This document shows, in pieces, positions 1-13,241 of a DNA stretch of 64,000 nucleotides. The stretch is from positions 380,308,001-380,372,000 of the forward strand of contig OZ024741.1 in assembly GCA_964016885.1 (NCBI GenBank), read 5' to 3'. The position numbers were made by a program, and so were the translations under genes. Under the pieces are notes generated by a model. The model made no database searches. It saw nothing but the letters and a program-made list of their open reading frames with translations, and was not told the DNA's origin. The stretch comes from Eledone cirrhosa. Its lineage: Eukaryota. Within the stretch, counting starts at the first letter, position 1; each line of letters begins with the position of its first letter.

Positions 1-33
1 TTAAATAACATCAATGACTGAGGCTCAAAGAAC

Positions 34-70
<37 letters not shown>

Positions 71-319
71 CTTTCTTTATTAACCACAAGGGTTTACATA
101 AAGTAGACATTAAGGACAGTACAGGACAATACAGGACGGTACAAATGGGCATTTCTGCGTGTAAAAAACAAGAAACGGAGTATGTAATAATAGAACAATG
201 AAAAAATTTCCCAATAGGTGGGAGACTTACGAGGGACATTCGTGGAGAAAGCCCATTAAAAAGCCACAGTGACCCTGACCACCAGAACAAGTGCCCTCTC
301 CCAGTTTTCCACCTTTAAT

Positions 320-3300
320 TTACAGACACATACACAGAGTAGGCCCATTCACTCGGGCCATTCTTGCCTCTCTCACCCATCTTTCAACAAAATGCTGGGA
401 AGAGTGCACTTCCCTTTCTACCCTGATTTTCCTTTTCAAATGAAATTTGAAAATGTTAATCAGGGCATCACCGAAGAGGTAAGTGCTCGTCTTCAGACCT
501 TTCTAACGTGTCCACCATACTATCTCTTTCGCCATGGCAACCAGACAGATAAAAACTGCCTGCCATTCCAGGCTAAAGGAAGAGGGCGGGGCAATCCTCA
601 CGATGGACTCAGCTGATAGCTAGATCCGTCCTACACGCGACAGCAGGTGTTCGACATAAACTCACAAGTCAGCAATGCTCGGACACTGGACGAGTGCGTG
701 CTGGATGGTTTCGTCGCCCTGCTCGCATCTCGGACATGCCCGGCTGACGGCACCTCCATGCCTGTAGAGTTTATCCCGAACTGGCAAAGCTCCTCGGTAG
801 CACTGCCAGACCAGGGATTTCTGGAAGTTGTCCGTAGGCCCCGGCCCGAAAGTTCTTCCGAAGAGATTGGCTAGTTGATTTGAGTCGACGCCTAGAGTTT
901 CCCCAAGTACGTCGTCGTTCTTCCCCTCCACTAATCCTCTATAGAACGCCAAGGTGGAGTTTCCACCGATCACATTGCCCGATTGGTCGAGGGCTGTGAG
1001 TGCCTGAAGACATTCCAGTTTCGAAGCGCTCCCTCTCGGTCTCCGCTTGACCCAGGAATGCAGCTCCGTCAAGGAGACGAGCTGGGGAAAGACGCGTCTA
1101 GCAAACGGAGACCACACCTGATCACCGTTGAGGAAGACGTGGGGATGTCGTAGCCTGAGCGCGTGTCTGCGCATCATCAGCCACCACATTCCCAGCCCTC
1201 CACGTAGCGGTTGTTGATAGCAGATTGACCACCTGACCATCGGAGACGTCCCTTACACAAAGCGAAAGAGAAAACGCTCCAGGGCAATCAGGTGGGGCTT
1301 AGGACAAGGTACGACTGTCAGGCGGTAGTAGATGATGGACGCGATATACGCGTTAGGTACCTCCGCTCGACCCTTCAGGGATAGCTACCTCTCGGCCCAT
1401 TTCTGGGTGAGAGAAGCCACCTTGCTCGTCACCTCGTCCCAGTTTTTGTCCGTCTGCAGATCCGGACCGAACCAGACCCCGATCAATATAACCGGTCCGT
1501 CCGTCCAGCGCCCGACGACGCTGTTGGACGGCATGGACCTGCCTCTCAAGGTGCCGAGCTGCAGGCCCACGGACTTTTCCTGGTTGATCATTAATCTTGT
1601 CACTGCTTCGTATTTTCTTAGTGTAGGGCCGATCACCTCGATGTGAATGGCGTTCGACACCACTAAGTTGACATCGTCCGCATATGCTGACAAGGATCTT
1701 TCGCATCCTAGTTCGCGCGGAACCTTGCTCAACGTCTCCAGTTTGTGCAGTAATGACTCGAGAGTCAATACGTACAATAGGGACGAGAGGGGACATCCAT
1801 GGCGGACCGAGCGCATGATGTTGAACGGTTCCGAAAGGTGACCGTTCACTCTCACCACAGAGCAGATGTCGCTGTGAATGCCAGCGATACAGCTCTGAAG
1901 ACGGGCCCAAATCCAGCCGCCCTCAGGACTGCCGCTAGTTAACGATGGTCGACCCTATCGAAAGCATTCGACTGATCTAAATTTATCAAGGACCCACCCG
2001 TGCCAGGTTCCCTAGCTACCCTCTCTACGATGTATCGCATGAGGTGGGGGTTGTCGTGGATGGATCTGTCGGGAATGGCGCATTTCTGCCCCCTCTCCCA
2101 CCAGACCACCAACGACAAGCGCCAACCTCTTTGCTAACATCTTGGCCAAAATCTTGAACTCTGTGTTTCTCAGCAGCGCCACAGCTCCTGGGCTCACAGA
2201 GCTGGGAATTCTCCCGTTCTGTTGCCAGTTGCAGTAGACGTCCGCCAAGAGGCCTCTGAACAAGTCTGGCATCTGTACGTATAGTTCATAAGGCTGACCC
2301 TCCAAACCAGGCGATTTACCCCTTGTGCAGCCAATCATTGCCTCCCGTACTTCAGCAGCTGTTATCGGTTTTTCGCAAAACTCTGCCTCTGTGGCCGAGA
2401 GCCGCGGCAGTCCGTCGAGGTAGACACTAGTGTCCATCCCTCTATCCGGCTCGCCGCTGCCCCCGAATAGCTGAGCGAAGTGTCGCTGAATAGCTTCACA
2501 CATTTGCCCGGGATCGAGTAGCATGCGCCCGTCGTGGTCCACCGAAGACCGGATCGTGGCTGTGTTGCCACGATGCGCTTCCGCCACTCGGGCCCATTGA
2601 ACGGCTTTCGTCCCGTCGTGTCTGAGAGCACGCACCCTAGCTCTGACAACGCTGCCTTCGTGCTTTGCATTGAAGAATTGGTCAAGGGTCAATTTCGCCG
2701 CAAGTACGTCGGTCGAGATGACTTTGCTAAGCGCCTCGTCTAATTTTCTAACTAATTCTCCCTCTGCTCTATTTTTCTCTATTGCTAAAGCCTTACTAAA
2801 CCTAATGGACTCTATTCTAATTGTTCTTTTCAGAGCAAATCACCCTGGGAGTGGCGTACGCATCGTAGCCGCCGAAGATCGGTGCTAAGGCCCGTGCTTC
2901 GGAGATTCTGGCCTCGCTGATGGCCACTACATCTCTGTTTAGTGACCTGAGATCGTTGAACAGGTGGCCCTTCTTCCAAGACGACCCCAAGTCACCGTCA
3001 ACGCCCGCATAACTAGTTCGCTAACCCGGTCTCTGTAGGCCTTGCGCCCTGTTAAGGACGCGTTTACCTTCCAGTAGCCGGGTCCTCGTCTATGAAGCCT
3101 AACTAAGTCAAGCACACAGAATACGAATTTGTGCTCCGTGTAGCTGACTATCTTGAATTGTGGGCAGCCTATGCTAGACCTATCTATTTCCCTACAAAAT
3201 ACTCTATCTAGATATGATCTGGATGACCCAATACGATTTGTCCAAGTCCACATTGGCACATTCGGAAAATCCAATCGCTATCTGTCAGACAGTTCAAAAC

Positions 3301-3811
3301 GCCTGAGCAGGTTGGTGAAGCTCATGCAGCCTCCTCCCCTATCCGCTAATCCCACACAGTCCCAGCGTGCATCTAAGATCCCGTTCCAGTCGCCCACTAA
3401 CACTAAAGAGCGGGACGTTCCAAGAAAGGTCTCCAGACGCCGGAAGAAATCAGGCCACCCTGCTCATGTCGGGGCATAGACGGCCACTATCCTGAAAGTT
3501 TGCTCGTCTCCGCTGGTCACGTCTAGCACCACCAACTTACCTTCTGGGTCCGGGAAGATGGCCGGTATGGCGAGATCCAAACCTCTCCGAAAAATCACAG
3601 CAACTCCTCCCCACGATCCCGGACGGCTGGGAGTGGCGCACACATCGTAGCCGCCGAAGATCGGTGCTAAGGCCCGTGCTTCGGAGATTCTGGTCTCGCT
3701 GATGGCCACTACATCTCTGTTTAGTGACCTGAGATCGTTGAACAGGTGGCCCTTCTTCCAAGACGACCCCAAGCTACGCGCATTTATGCTGCCTATTCTG
3801 AGTGAGGTCAT
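320..3811 (-). pseudogene. Tx1 copy 1 ORF2 (APE-RT-zf), frameshifted
   Basis: Fragments include RIGSINARSL..DVVAISET (APE), SYLDRV..YTEHK, KSPGLEG, SVRHGCPLSSLLY, LSAYADDV and LPVRDKL..CPRC..DETIQHALVQC. Multiple frameshifts and stops. Confidence 0.9.
2845..2991 (-). repeat. 147-bp internal duplication of 3627-3773 inserted into ORF2
   Basis: Near-identical to 3627-3773 (APE start). It is absent at the homologous position of copy 3 (~12010). Confidence 0.9.
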
Positions 3812-3857
3812 GTTGAAATGGAGTGGAAAAGATGGGAAAGACCACTTACCTTACTAC

Positions 3858-5824
3858 TCATAGAGGAAGGATGGTTTGTCCATCCTTTTCACTGCTTGTG
3901 GCCTCCTCCGGAAGGATATCCTTAGAAATCGTCCTTGAGAGTGTTTGTCGGAAGTTTCCGATGTCTTTGGCGAATTTTTGTTTTAGTGTCGTGTACGTTT
4001 TCTGTGTGATGCCAGTGATTTGTATGTGTGGAGGTGGTGTGAACTTTTGGGTTGTTGTGTAGTCTTTTTCTGTGATGCTGGTGTTGTGTTGCATGTATTG
4101 TAATAATTGGTTGTTGTTCAAATTTAATGCTGTGTAGTGTGTATCGTTTTGGTTGTTTCGTTTTGTTTGCGTTTGTTGTGTGTTAGTTTCTGTTACGCTT
4201 TTTGGTGACTTTTGTGGTGTTGGTGATGGTAGTGTTGGGGTTAATGATGGTGATGGTGTTGGTGTTTTTGGTGATGGGGGTTGGTGATGCTGGTCTGGAT
4301 GGTGGCATATCTGTCCTAACTTTTTTGTTTGATAATTTATTTGTTTCCCTTTGTATTTTGTTTTTGGAGGAGTAGGAATAGAATTTTTTCTTTTTTGGTC
4401 TCTTTTTTTCTTTTTTCCTGATACCGTTTCCCACTCCTCGTCGTCACAATCTGTCTCCAGTTGCGATAAGCCGGGGAGTTGAAAATCCTCCACAGGCGTT
4501 GGTTTTGGTTGTGACGTGGTGGATGGTGTAGGCGTGGGTGCTAGTTCTGGCGCGTTGGGTGGTGGTGGTGTTGGTTTTGCTACTGTGGCTAGGGTTGTTT
4601 CTGTTACAGTTGCTTCTGTTGTTGCTGCTACAGCTGTTGCTGCCATTTCTGCTGCTGGTGGTGTTGATGGTTGAGTCACTGTGGTGGGAAAGAGAGGTGG
4701 CCTCAACCTCTTAGCCTGAGGGCAGAAATCCCTTAGGTGGCTTCCTTCACCACAAACGTAACACCCTGGCCTTCTGCCCTCGACGATTACGGTGAGGTGG
4801 CTGCCGTCAGTGAGGTCTATTACCTCTGAGATCTCCTCAATGCTTTTATGGTCCGCTTGGATCAGGAGCTCCATCCCAGATTCGGAACAGTTCTCCTGCT
4901 TTTCTTTCGCTATTTCAATTATCTTGGTGTTGGCCTCGATGCCGGCGAGGACGGCAGCCATTAGCCAGGGAATTTCGATGGCCGGTGGAATGTGGGTCAC
5001 CCTGATCTTCACAAGTCTCTGGCCACAATAGCTTGGGACGAGTGTGAAGTCGTCACTTCTTAATGGGGCCATGGAGTGTTCTCTAGCCTCCTGTGGTGTT
5101 TCAAAGAACACGTCCACGGTTCCATATTTCTGCCCACGTCTGGTGTGGGGTTTTTTTGCCCACACATGTCCCAAAGCTTTTTGGATTTGGGACGCGGATG
5201 CCCGTTCCACTCGGCGCGATTTTTGTTAATCGTCCGATAAGACATGGTGCATAGGCGACGATGTTCCATTTTATTAGGTGTGGGTGGGTGAGGCTGATCC
5301 TGAAACCATCTTTCTTTACCATTCTTTTGGCTTCTTCTAACTCCTCCTGAGTTATCTGGATCGCTTGCACGTTTTTGCTACTCTGGCAAAACTCAGGGTA
5401 GTTTTCTTAATTTCATTGTTGCTGTTGTTGTTATCGTTATTTTTGTCATTGTTAATTTTAGTTTCAGTTGTGGTGGTGGTGGCGTCAGTGGTGTTCGGTG
5501 TGGAAGAGTTCGTTTTGGTTGAATTCATTTCGATATCACGAGTTAATTTCTTTTTTTTCTTTATTTCTTTGTCGCTCTGGTGGTGGTGGTGGGTGTTGTC
5601 GCTCTGGTGGTGGTGGTGGTAGTGGGGGTTGTTGCTGTGGTGGGGATGGCGGCTTTAACACCTGCAGTCATTGGTAATTGCGGGAAATTAATGTCTGGCT
5701 GAGACAAATTTAAAATATTGCTACTGCTTATATTGTTAGTGTTGGCAAACGTAGTAATATTTACAATGGTGATGACGGTGTGAGGTGTTAGTTTGTGAGG
5801 AAGGTGTGACTCTAAGTCAGCCAT
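3858..5824 (-). pseudogene. Tx1 copy 1 ORF1 (gag-like, CX2CX4HX4C knuckle)
   Basis: ATG at 5824 and a low-complexity N-terminus broken by frameshifts. The 450-aa open segment 5210-3858 contains CYVCGEGSHLRDFC and a Pro/Thr/Lys-rich tail, and lies directly upstream of the ORF2 ATG (3811). Confidence 0.85.
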
Positions 5825-6042
5825 GATTTTTCAAAGAAATTTTTTTTTTGTTTGATAATTATAAAAAGTTGAAATTTTGGGCTCAAGGCCCCAATATTTT
5901 TGAGTGTCCTTTTCAGAAATCAATGTATGTGCACTTATATACAGTTAACAATAGAAATTCTCCATAAATGGCAATTTTAAACAAACGGAAATAACAAACC
6001 TTGGCGGAGCTTACGATGATACGATTTACTACGTAGGTCGCC

Positions 6043-9000
6043 AATAATAATAATAATAATAATGCTTTCTTTATTAACCACAAGTGTTTAGACAAAGGAA
6101 GACATTAAGGATAGTACAAGACAATACAGGATAATACAGGACAGTACAAATGGGCATTTCTGCGTGTAAAAAAAAACAAAAACAGAGGATGTAACAAAAA
6201 AGGAACAATGAAAAATTCCTCAATAAGGGGGGGGAGGGACTTATGAGGGCCTTCGTGGAGAAAGCCCATTAAAAAAAGCCACGGTGACACTGACCACCAG
6301 GGCAGGTGCCCTCATCCAGTTTTCCACCTTCAATTTACAGGCACATACTCAGAGTAGGCCCATTCACTCGGGCCATTCTTGCCTCTCTCACCTATCTTTC
6401 AACAAAATGCTGGGAAGAGAGCACTTCCCTCTCTACCCTGACTTTCCTTTTCAAATGAAATTTGAAAAAGTTAATCAGGGCATCACCGAAGAGGGAAGTG
6501 CTCGTCTTCAGCCCTTTCAGACCCGTCCACCATACTATCTCTTTCACCATGGCCACCAGACAGATAAAAATTGCCTGCCCTTCCCGGCTAAAGGAAGAGG
6601 GCGGGGCAATCTTCACGATGGACTCAGCTGATAGCCGGATCCATTCTACATGCGACATTCTATATCTTCGATATAAACCCACAAGTCAACAATACTTGGA
6701 CACTTGAAAGTGCGTGCAGGACGGTCTCGTCGCCCTGCGTGCATCTCGGACATGCCCGGCTGACGGCACCTCCATGCCTGTAGAGTTTATCCCGAACTGG
6801 CAAGGCTCCTCGATAGCAGTGCCAGGCCTGGGATTTCTGGAAGTTGTCCATAGGACCCAGCCCAAAAGTTCTTCAGAAGAGATTGACTAGGTGATTTTCG
6901 TCAACGCCTAATGTTTCCCCAAGTACGTCGTCGCTCTTTCCCCCCACTAATCCTCTATAGAACGCACAGGTGGAGTTTCCACCGACCACATTGCCCGACT
7001 GGTCAAGGGCTATGAGCACCTGAAGTAATTCCAGTCTCCAAGTGCTCCCTCTCGATCTTGGCTTGACCCAGGACTGCAGCTCCGTCATGGAGATAAGCTG
7101 GGGAAAGACGTGTCTGGAAAACAGCGACCACACCGGATACCATCGAGGAAGAGGTGGAGATGTCGTATCCTGAGCGCGTGTCTGCGCATCATCAGCTACG
7201 GCATGTACAACCCTCTACGTAGTGGGTGTTGACAGCAGATGGACCTCCTGACCATCGGTGCGCGTCCGTTCCTCAAAAAGCGAAAGAGCAAACGTTCCAG
7301 CGCAGTCAGGCGGGGCTTAGGACAAGGTACGATGGTCAGGCGGTAGTAGATGATGGACGCGATATACACATTCGCCATCTTCGCTCGACCTTTCACGATA
7401 GCTTCCTCTCTGCCCATTTCTCGGTGAGAGAAGCCACCCTGCTCGTCACCTCGTCCCTGTTTTTGTCCGTCTGGAGGTCCAGACTGAACGAGACCCCGGT
7501 CCCTTGTTTCTGTGATGTTGGTGTGGTGTTAAATGTTATTTAAAAGTTTTGTGTTGTCTGTTTCTATGGCTGTGTATTGTCTCTGCTGTTGGTGTGTTGG
7601 TGTTTTTTGAGTTTGCTGTCGTGTTGTTGGAGGTGTTGATGGGGTAGAAGCTAAGGATGGCGTTGCTGGTTGTGGTGGTGGTGTTGGTGGTGGTGGTGGT
7701 GTAGGTGGTTGTGTGGTGTGACTGTTGATGGTGGTGGAGGTATGGGATAATTTTCATTTCCTTTTTTTTTAGGTACTTCCATCCTTTATTTTTTTGGAAT
7801 AGTTCTCCACACTTCGGCCTCATCGGACTCCTTGTCCGACTTGGCTATATCAGGAAGGAGTATGCTTTCCATTGGTTCTGTGGGTGGTGGAAGAGATGGT
7901 GTTTTTGTTGTTGGGGATGGTGATTTCTCTTCTGCCACTGTGGTCTTTGTTTGTTTGTCTGCTCCAGGTGCGAGGCACGGCGTGGGGAGAAGGGGTGGGC
8001 GCGTGCCTGTTTTGGTAAATGTGGGGCAGAATGCCTTAAGGTGCGTCTTGTCACCGCATCCATGACACCTTGGGCGCCTACCTTCGACAGTCACGGGTAG
8101 ATGGCTGCCGTCGTCCAGGTCTATTACATCGGGGATGGCCTCAATGCTCTCATGGCTTGTTTGGATGATTAGCTCCATCCCTGACCCTGTCCAATTTTCC
8201 TGTCTTATTCGTATGACGTTGAGTACGGTTGTTGAATCCTGAACGTCAGCGAGGACGGCTTCCGTCAACCACGCCATCTCCAGTGAGGGAGGAACCTGGC
8301 CCACTCGAACCGTCACGACTCTCTGGCCGCAGTATGTGGGCATCATTATGATTTCGTCACTGTGGAGTGGCACAATGGAGTATGCACTGGCTTCTTCTGG
8401 TGTAGCAAAGAGCACATTCACAATGCCATATCTCGATTGCCGGGCTGTTTTCTCTGCCCAGACGATGCACATAGCTCTTTGGACCTGTGACTCCATTGCC
8501 CGTTCAACTCGTCGCGATTTTGATCCGATCGTGAGATAACTGACCGAACACAAAAGCTTGTTTCTTATTATCTCAGCTGGGCGGGTGAGGCTTACCCTGT
8601 GTCCGGTCTTTTTAACCAAGAACTTTGCTTGTTTTATCTCTTCGTTAGTGATGTGTACTTGTTCAAAAGTCTTTGTCGCTTTAGCGAAAAATGTGTTTGT
8701 TTTGATTTGTGTTGACTCATCACTAGTTTTGTCTTTGTTGCTATAGTTTTTTTTTGTTATTTTTCCTCTGTGTTGCTGTTGTTCTTTGGGTTCTTTATGG
8801 CTGTTGCTGTTGTTATTGTTGTTATTGGGGTGGTGGTGGTGGTGGCGGTGGCGTTCGATATTTCTAACGTAGGGAAGTTTTCGTTGTAATTTCCACAACT
8901 ACTACTACTACTACTGTTCCAGTGGCTGCGGCTGCTGTTTTTCTTGTTTTTTACTTTGCCTTGCGATTTGGTGGAAATGGCTGGTCCACCATCCGAACAT

Positions 9001-9229
9001 CTGTCTGTCCCTCCTGTGGGCAAATTTGTTTGTCCGCCATGTTTTTTTAAAACAAAATTTGGGGGTTATTATTGTAAATAAATGCAAATTTAGCCCTCAA
9101 GGGAGAGAGATACAGTTAAAAAACCACCTCCTTTGACAGAGGGGTTCTTTAACTACACACCGATATAAAAAATATTATATAGAACTTTCGATAACTCATA
9201 AAAATTCCACTAACTTACTCCGCCGTCTC
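6043..9229 (-). mobile_element. L1/Tx1 retrotransposon copy 2, internally deleted
   Basis: (ATT)n tail at 6043-6063 and a 3' UTR homologous to copy 1. The ORF2 3' part (~6336-7500) is fused at ~7500 to the ORF1 3' region, with APE and most of RT missing. ORF1 ATG at 9040. Confidence 0.9.
7506..9040 (-). pseudogene. Tx1 copy 2 ORF1
   Basis: The 370-aa open segment 8898-7786 contains CHGCGDKTHLKAFC and aligns with copy 1 ORF1 (RRVERA..Q.Q.A...VW, P.YCGQR.V, DL.DGSHL.V.VEGRRP). Confidence 0.85.
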
Positions 9230-12200
9230 ATAATAATAACAATAAATAATAATAATAATAATAATGCTTTCTTTATTAAACACAAGGGTTGACACAATGT
9301 ATAACATTAAGGACAATACAATTGGGCATTTCTGCGTGTAAAAAAAAACAAAAACAGAGTGTGAACGAAGGAAGCAATGAAAAATCCCCGATAGGGGGGA
9401 GACCTCCGAGGGTTGCTCATGGAGAAAGTTCACAAGAAAAGTTACGGTTACCCTGACCACTAGGGCAAATGCCCTCTTCCAGTTTACCTCCTACAATGCT
9501 ACAGACACACGCTCAGGGTAGACCCATTCATACGGGCCATTCTTGCCTCTTTCACCCACCTTTCAACAAACTGGCTGGAGGTCAGCACTTCCCTCTCCAC
9601 CCTGATTTTCCTCTTCAGCTGAAACCTGAAAAAGTTAATGAGGGCGTCACCGAATAGGAAAGTACCGCTCCTCAACCCTTTCAGACGTGTCCACCATACA
9701 ATGTCTTTGGCCACCAGGCAGATAAAAACTGCCTGCCCTTCTCGGCTAAAGGATGGCGGCAGGGCAATCTTCACGATGGACTCAGCTGATAGCCGGGACC
9801 ATTCTACACGTGACAGCAGGTGTTCGGCATAAACCCACAAATCAACAATGCTACGACACTGGACGAGTGCGTGCAGGACGGTTTCATCGCCCTGTGCACA
9901 TCTCGGACAGAGTAACGGCACTTCCATGCCTGTAGAGTTTATCCCTAACTGGTAAGGCTCCTTGGTAACACTGCCAGGCCCGGGATTTCCTGGAAGTTGT
10001 CCATGGGCCCCGGCCTGAAAGTTCTCCCAAAGAGATTGGCTAGTTGGTTTTCGTCGACAGCTAAAGTCTCCCCAAGGACGTCGTTGCTCTTCCCTTCCAC
10101 TAATCCTCTATAGAAAGCCAAGGTGGAGTTTCCAGCGATTGTATTGCTCGACTGGTCGAGGGCTGTAAGCGCCTGAAGACATTCTAGTCTCTAAGCGCTT
10201 CCTCTCCATCTTCGCTTGACCCAGGACTGCAGCTCCGCCAAGGAGACAAACTGGGGAAACATGTGTCTAGCAAAGGGCGACCACACCTGATCACCGTCGA
10301 GGAAGACGTGGAGATACCGTAGGCTGAGCGTATCATCAGCCACGGCATGCCCAGCCCTCCGCGTAATTGGTGTTGACAGCAGATGGACCGCCTGACCATC
10401 GGAGCACGTGCTTTCCACAAAAAGCGAAAGAGCGAATGTTCCAGTGTAGTCAGACGAGGCTTAGGACAAGGTATGACGGTCAGGTTGTAGTAGATGACGG
10501 ACGCCATGTACGCATTTTCCACCTCCACTCGTCCTTTCAGGGATAGCTTCCTCTCGGCCCATTTCTGTGTGAGAGAAAACACCTTGCTCGTCATCTCCTC
10601 CAAGTTTTTGTCCGTCTCAAGGTCCAGACCGAACCAGAACCCTAGCAATTTAACCGAACCGTCCGTCCAGCGCCCGACGACACCGTTTGGCAGCATGGAC
10701 CTGCATCTCCAGGTGCTGAGTTGCAGACCTACTATTTTTTCCTGGTTGATCATTGCCCCTGTCATTACCTTGTATTCTCTTAGTGTTGGGCCGATTACCT
10801 CAATGTGTTTGGTGTTCGACACCACTACGGCGATGTCGTCTGCATAAGCTGACAATGTTCTACTGCATCCTAGTTCACGTGGGTTCCCCCTCAATGTCTT
10901 CAGTTTGTGCAGTAATGGCTCAAGAGTCAATATGTACAACAATGTTCAGAGAGGACATTCCTGGCGGATCGAGCGCATGATGTTTAATGGATCCGAAAAG
11001 TCACTGTTCACTCTCACCACAGAGCAGATGTCGCTGTGCATGGCAGCGATGCAGCCTCTGAAGACAGGCCCAAAGCCAGCTGCCCTTATGACCTCTGCCA
11101 TATAACGATGGTCGACCCTATCGAAAGTTTATGACTGATCTAAATTGATCAAAGACCCACCCATGCCAGGTTCCCTAGCTACCCTCTCTACGATGTATTG
11201 CATGAGGTCGAGGTTGTCATGGATGGATCTGTCTGGAATGGTGCATGTTTGTGCCTCTCCCACCAGACCACCAACGACAAGCGCCAACCTCTTTGCTAGC
11301 ACCTTAGCCAACATCTTGAAGTCTGTGTTGAGCAGGGTTATGGGCCTGAAATTTTCTATGTTATGCCCCTTGCTCGGACCCTTTTCTCAGCAGCGCCACC
11401 GCTCCTCGGCTCACAGTTGCAGTAGACGTCTGCCAAGAGGTCTTCGAACAAGTCTGGCATATGTATGTAAAATTCGTAGTGCAAACCATCCAAACCCATT
11501 GTGCAGCTAGTCATTGCCTCCCGTACTTCAGCAGCTGTTATTGGCATTTCGCAACACAGTGACCGAGAGCCGCGGCAGTCCGTCGAGGTAGGAACTGAAG
11601 TCCATCTGCGATGCGGCTCGCCATTGCCCTCGAACAGCTCAGCAAAGTGATGCTGAAAAGCCGCATCGATCTGCCTGGGATCGAGTATCATGTGCCGTCG
11701 TGGTTCGCCAAAGACCGGATCTTGGCTTTGTTGCCACGACGCGCCTCCACCACCCAGGCCCATTGAATGGCTTTTGTCCCCTCGTGTCTAAGAGCACGCA
11801 CCCTAGCTCTGACAACGCAGCCTTTGTGCTTATCGTTGACAAATTGGTTGAGAGCCAATTTCGCTGCAAGCACGTCGGTAGCGATGCCTTTATTAAGCGC
11901 CTCGTCTAATTGCTTAACTAGATTTCCTTCTGCTCTATTTTTCTCTGTTACTAACGCTTTACTAAACCTAATGGATTCTATTCTAATCGCTCCTTTCAGG
12001 GCAAACCACCAGTTGTTGTTGACGATGGCCCTTATCAACGCCTGCTTAACTAATTCGCTAACCCGGTCTCTGTAAGCTTTAACGGCGCGTTTAGTTTCCA
12101 GTAGCCGGATCCCTGTCTATGAAACCTATCAAAGTCAACCACACAGATCACGAATTGTGGTCCGTGTAGCTGATTATCTTGAATTGTGGACGGCCTATGC

Positions 12201-13241
12201 TAGACCTATCTATTTCCCTACAAAATAATCTATCTATATATGATCTGGACGACCAGATGTGGTTTGCCCAAGTCCACATTGGCACATTCGGGAAATCCAT
12301 TCGGTACCTGTCCGACAGTTGAAAATGCCCCATCCGTTAATCCCACACAATCCCAGCGTGCATCTATGATCCCTTTCCAGTCGCCCACTAACACTAGAGA
12401 GCGGGACGTTCCAAGAAAGGTCTCCAGACGCCGGAAGAATTCAGGCCATCCTGCTCCTGTTGGGGCATAGGCAGCCACTAGCCTGAAAGATTGTCCTTCT
12501 CTGCTGGTCACGTCCAGTACCACCAACTTACCCTCTGGATCCAAGAAGACGGCCCGTATCTCGAGATACAGTCTTCAACAGAACAACACGGCCACTCCTC
12601 CCCAGATCCGGGACGGCTTGGAGATGTGTACACCTTGTAGCTGCCGAAAATGGGTGTGAAGGCCCGTGCCTCGGAGATTCTGGTCTCGCTGATGGCCACC
12701 ACATCTATGTTTAGCGACCTGAGATCGTTCAGCAGGTGGCCCTGCTTCCAAGACAACCCCAGCCCATCTGCATTTACGCTACCTATTCTGAGAGAAGCCA
12801 TGTTGGCTAGGATAGGAGGAAAACAAGTGAGAAGGGAGAGGTACAAAAATTACCTGTGGCTCTTATTTAGGAAGGGGGTGGGTGATCCATCCCTCCGACC
12901 ATTGGTGGGTTTCTCCACGAAAATATCCGTGAATTTTCTTTTGGTGATGTTCCCTCGGTAGACTCCAATTGATGTGGGGAACATTTTTTTAATGTTATGT
13001 AATTTTCTTTTTGTAATTTCTATTATTTTTATGTGTGTGGGGGGTGCAATTTTGGTGGTGTGTACGTAGTTTGTTTCTGTGATGTTGGTATTGTGTTGAA
13101 TGTAATTTAAAAGCTTTGTGTTGTCTGTGTCTATGGCTGTGTATTGTGTATGCTGTTGGAGTGGTGGTGCTTTCTGTGTTTGCTGTTGTGTTGTTGGAGG
13201 TGATGATGGGGTATATGCTAAGGGTGGTGGTGGTAGTGGTG
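9230..13241 (-). mobile_element. L1/Tx1 retrotransposon copy 3, 5'-truncated within ORF1
   Basis: (ATT)n tail at 9230-9265, degraded ORF2, and the ORF1 3' end at ~12850-13241. It abuts an (AAT)3 SINE tail at 13242. Confidence 0.9.
9499..12801 (-). pseudogene. Tx1 copy 3 ORF2 (APE-RT-zf), frameshifted
   Basis: MASLRIGSVNA..DVVAISET, VGDWKG, YTDH, LSAYADDI, CPRCAQGDETVLHAL. Confidence 0.9.

Larger units (their letters stand above)
34..6042 (-). mobile_element. L1/Tx1-clade non-LTR retrotransposon, copy 1, near full length, degraded
   Basis: 5' UTR, ORF1 (CCHC knuckle), ORF2 (APE endonuclease, RT, C-terminal zinc finger), then a 3' UTR with AATAAA followed by an (ATT)n tail (34-69). Confidence 0.92.

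Noticed and set aside
269-13000. Plus-strand ORFs overlapping Tx1 as real antisense genes
   Set aside because: They are shadow frames of the GC-richer ORF2/ORF1. Their similarity between copies reflects element homology only.
34-13241. Telomeric retrotransposon array (HeT-A/TART- or TRAS/SART-like)
   Set aside because: No TTAGGG/TTAGG repeats. The array is followed by ordinary interspersed repeats and its junctions are AAT.
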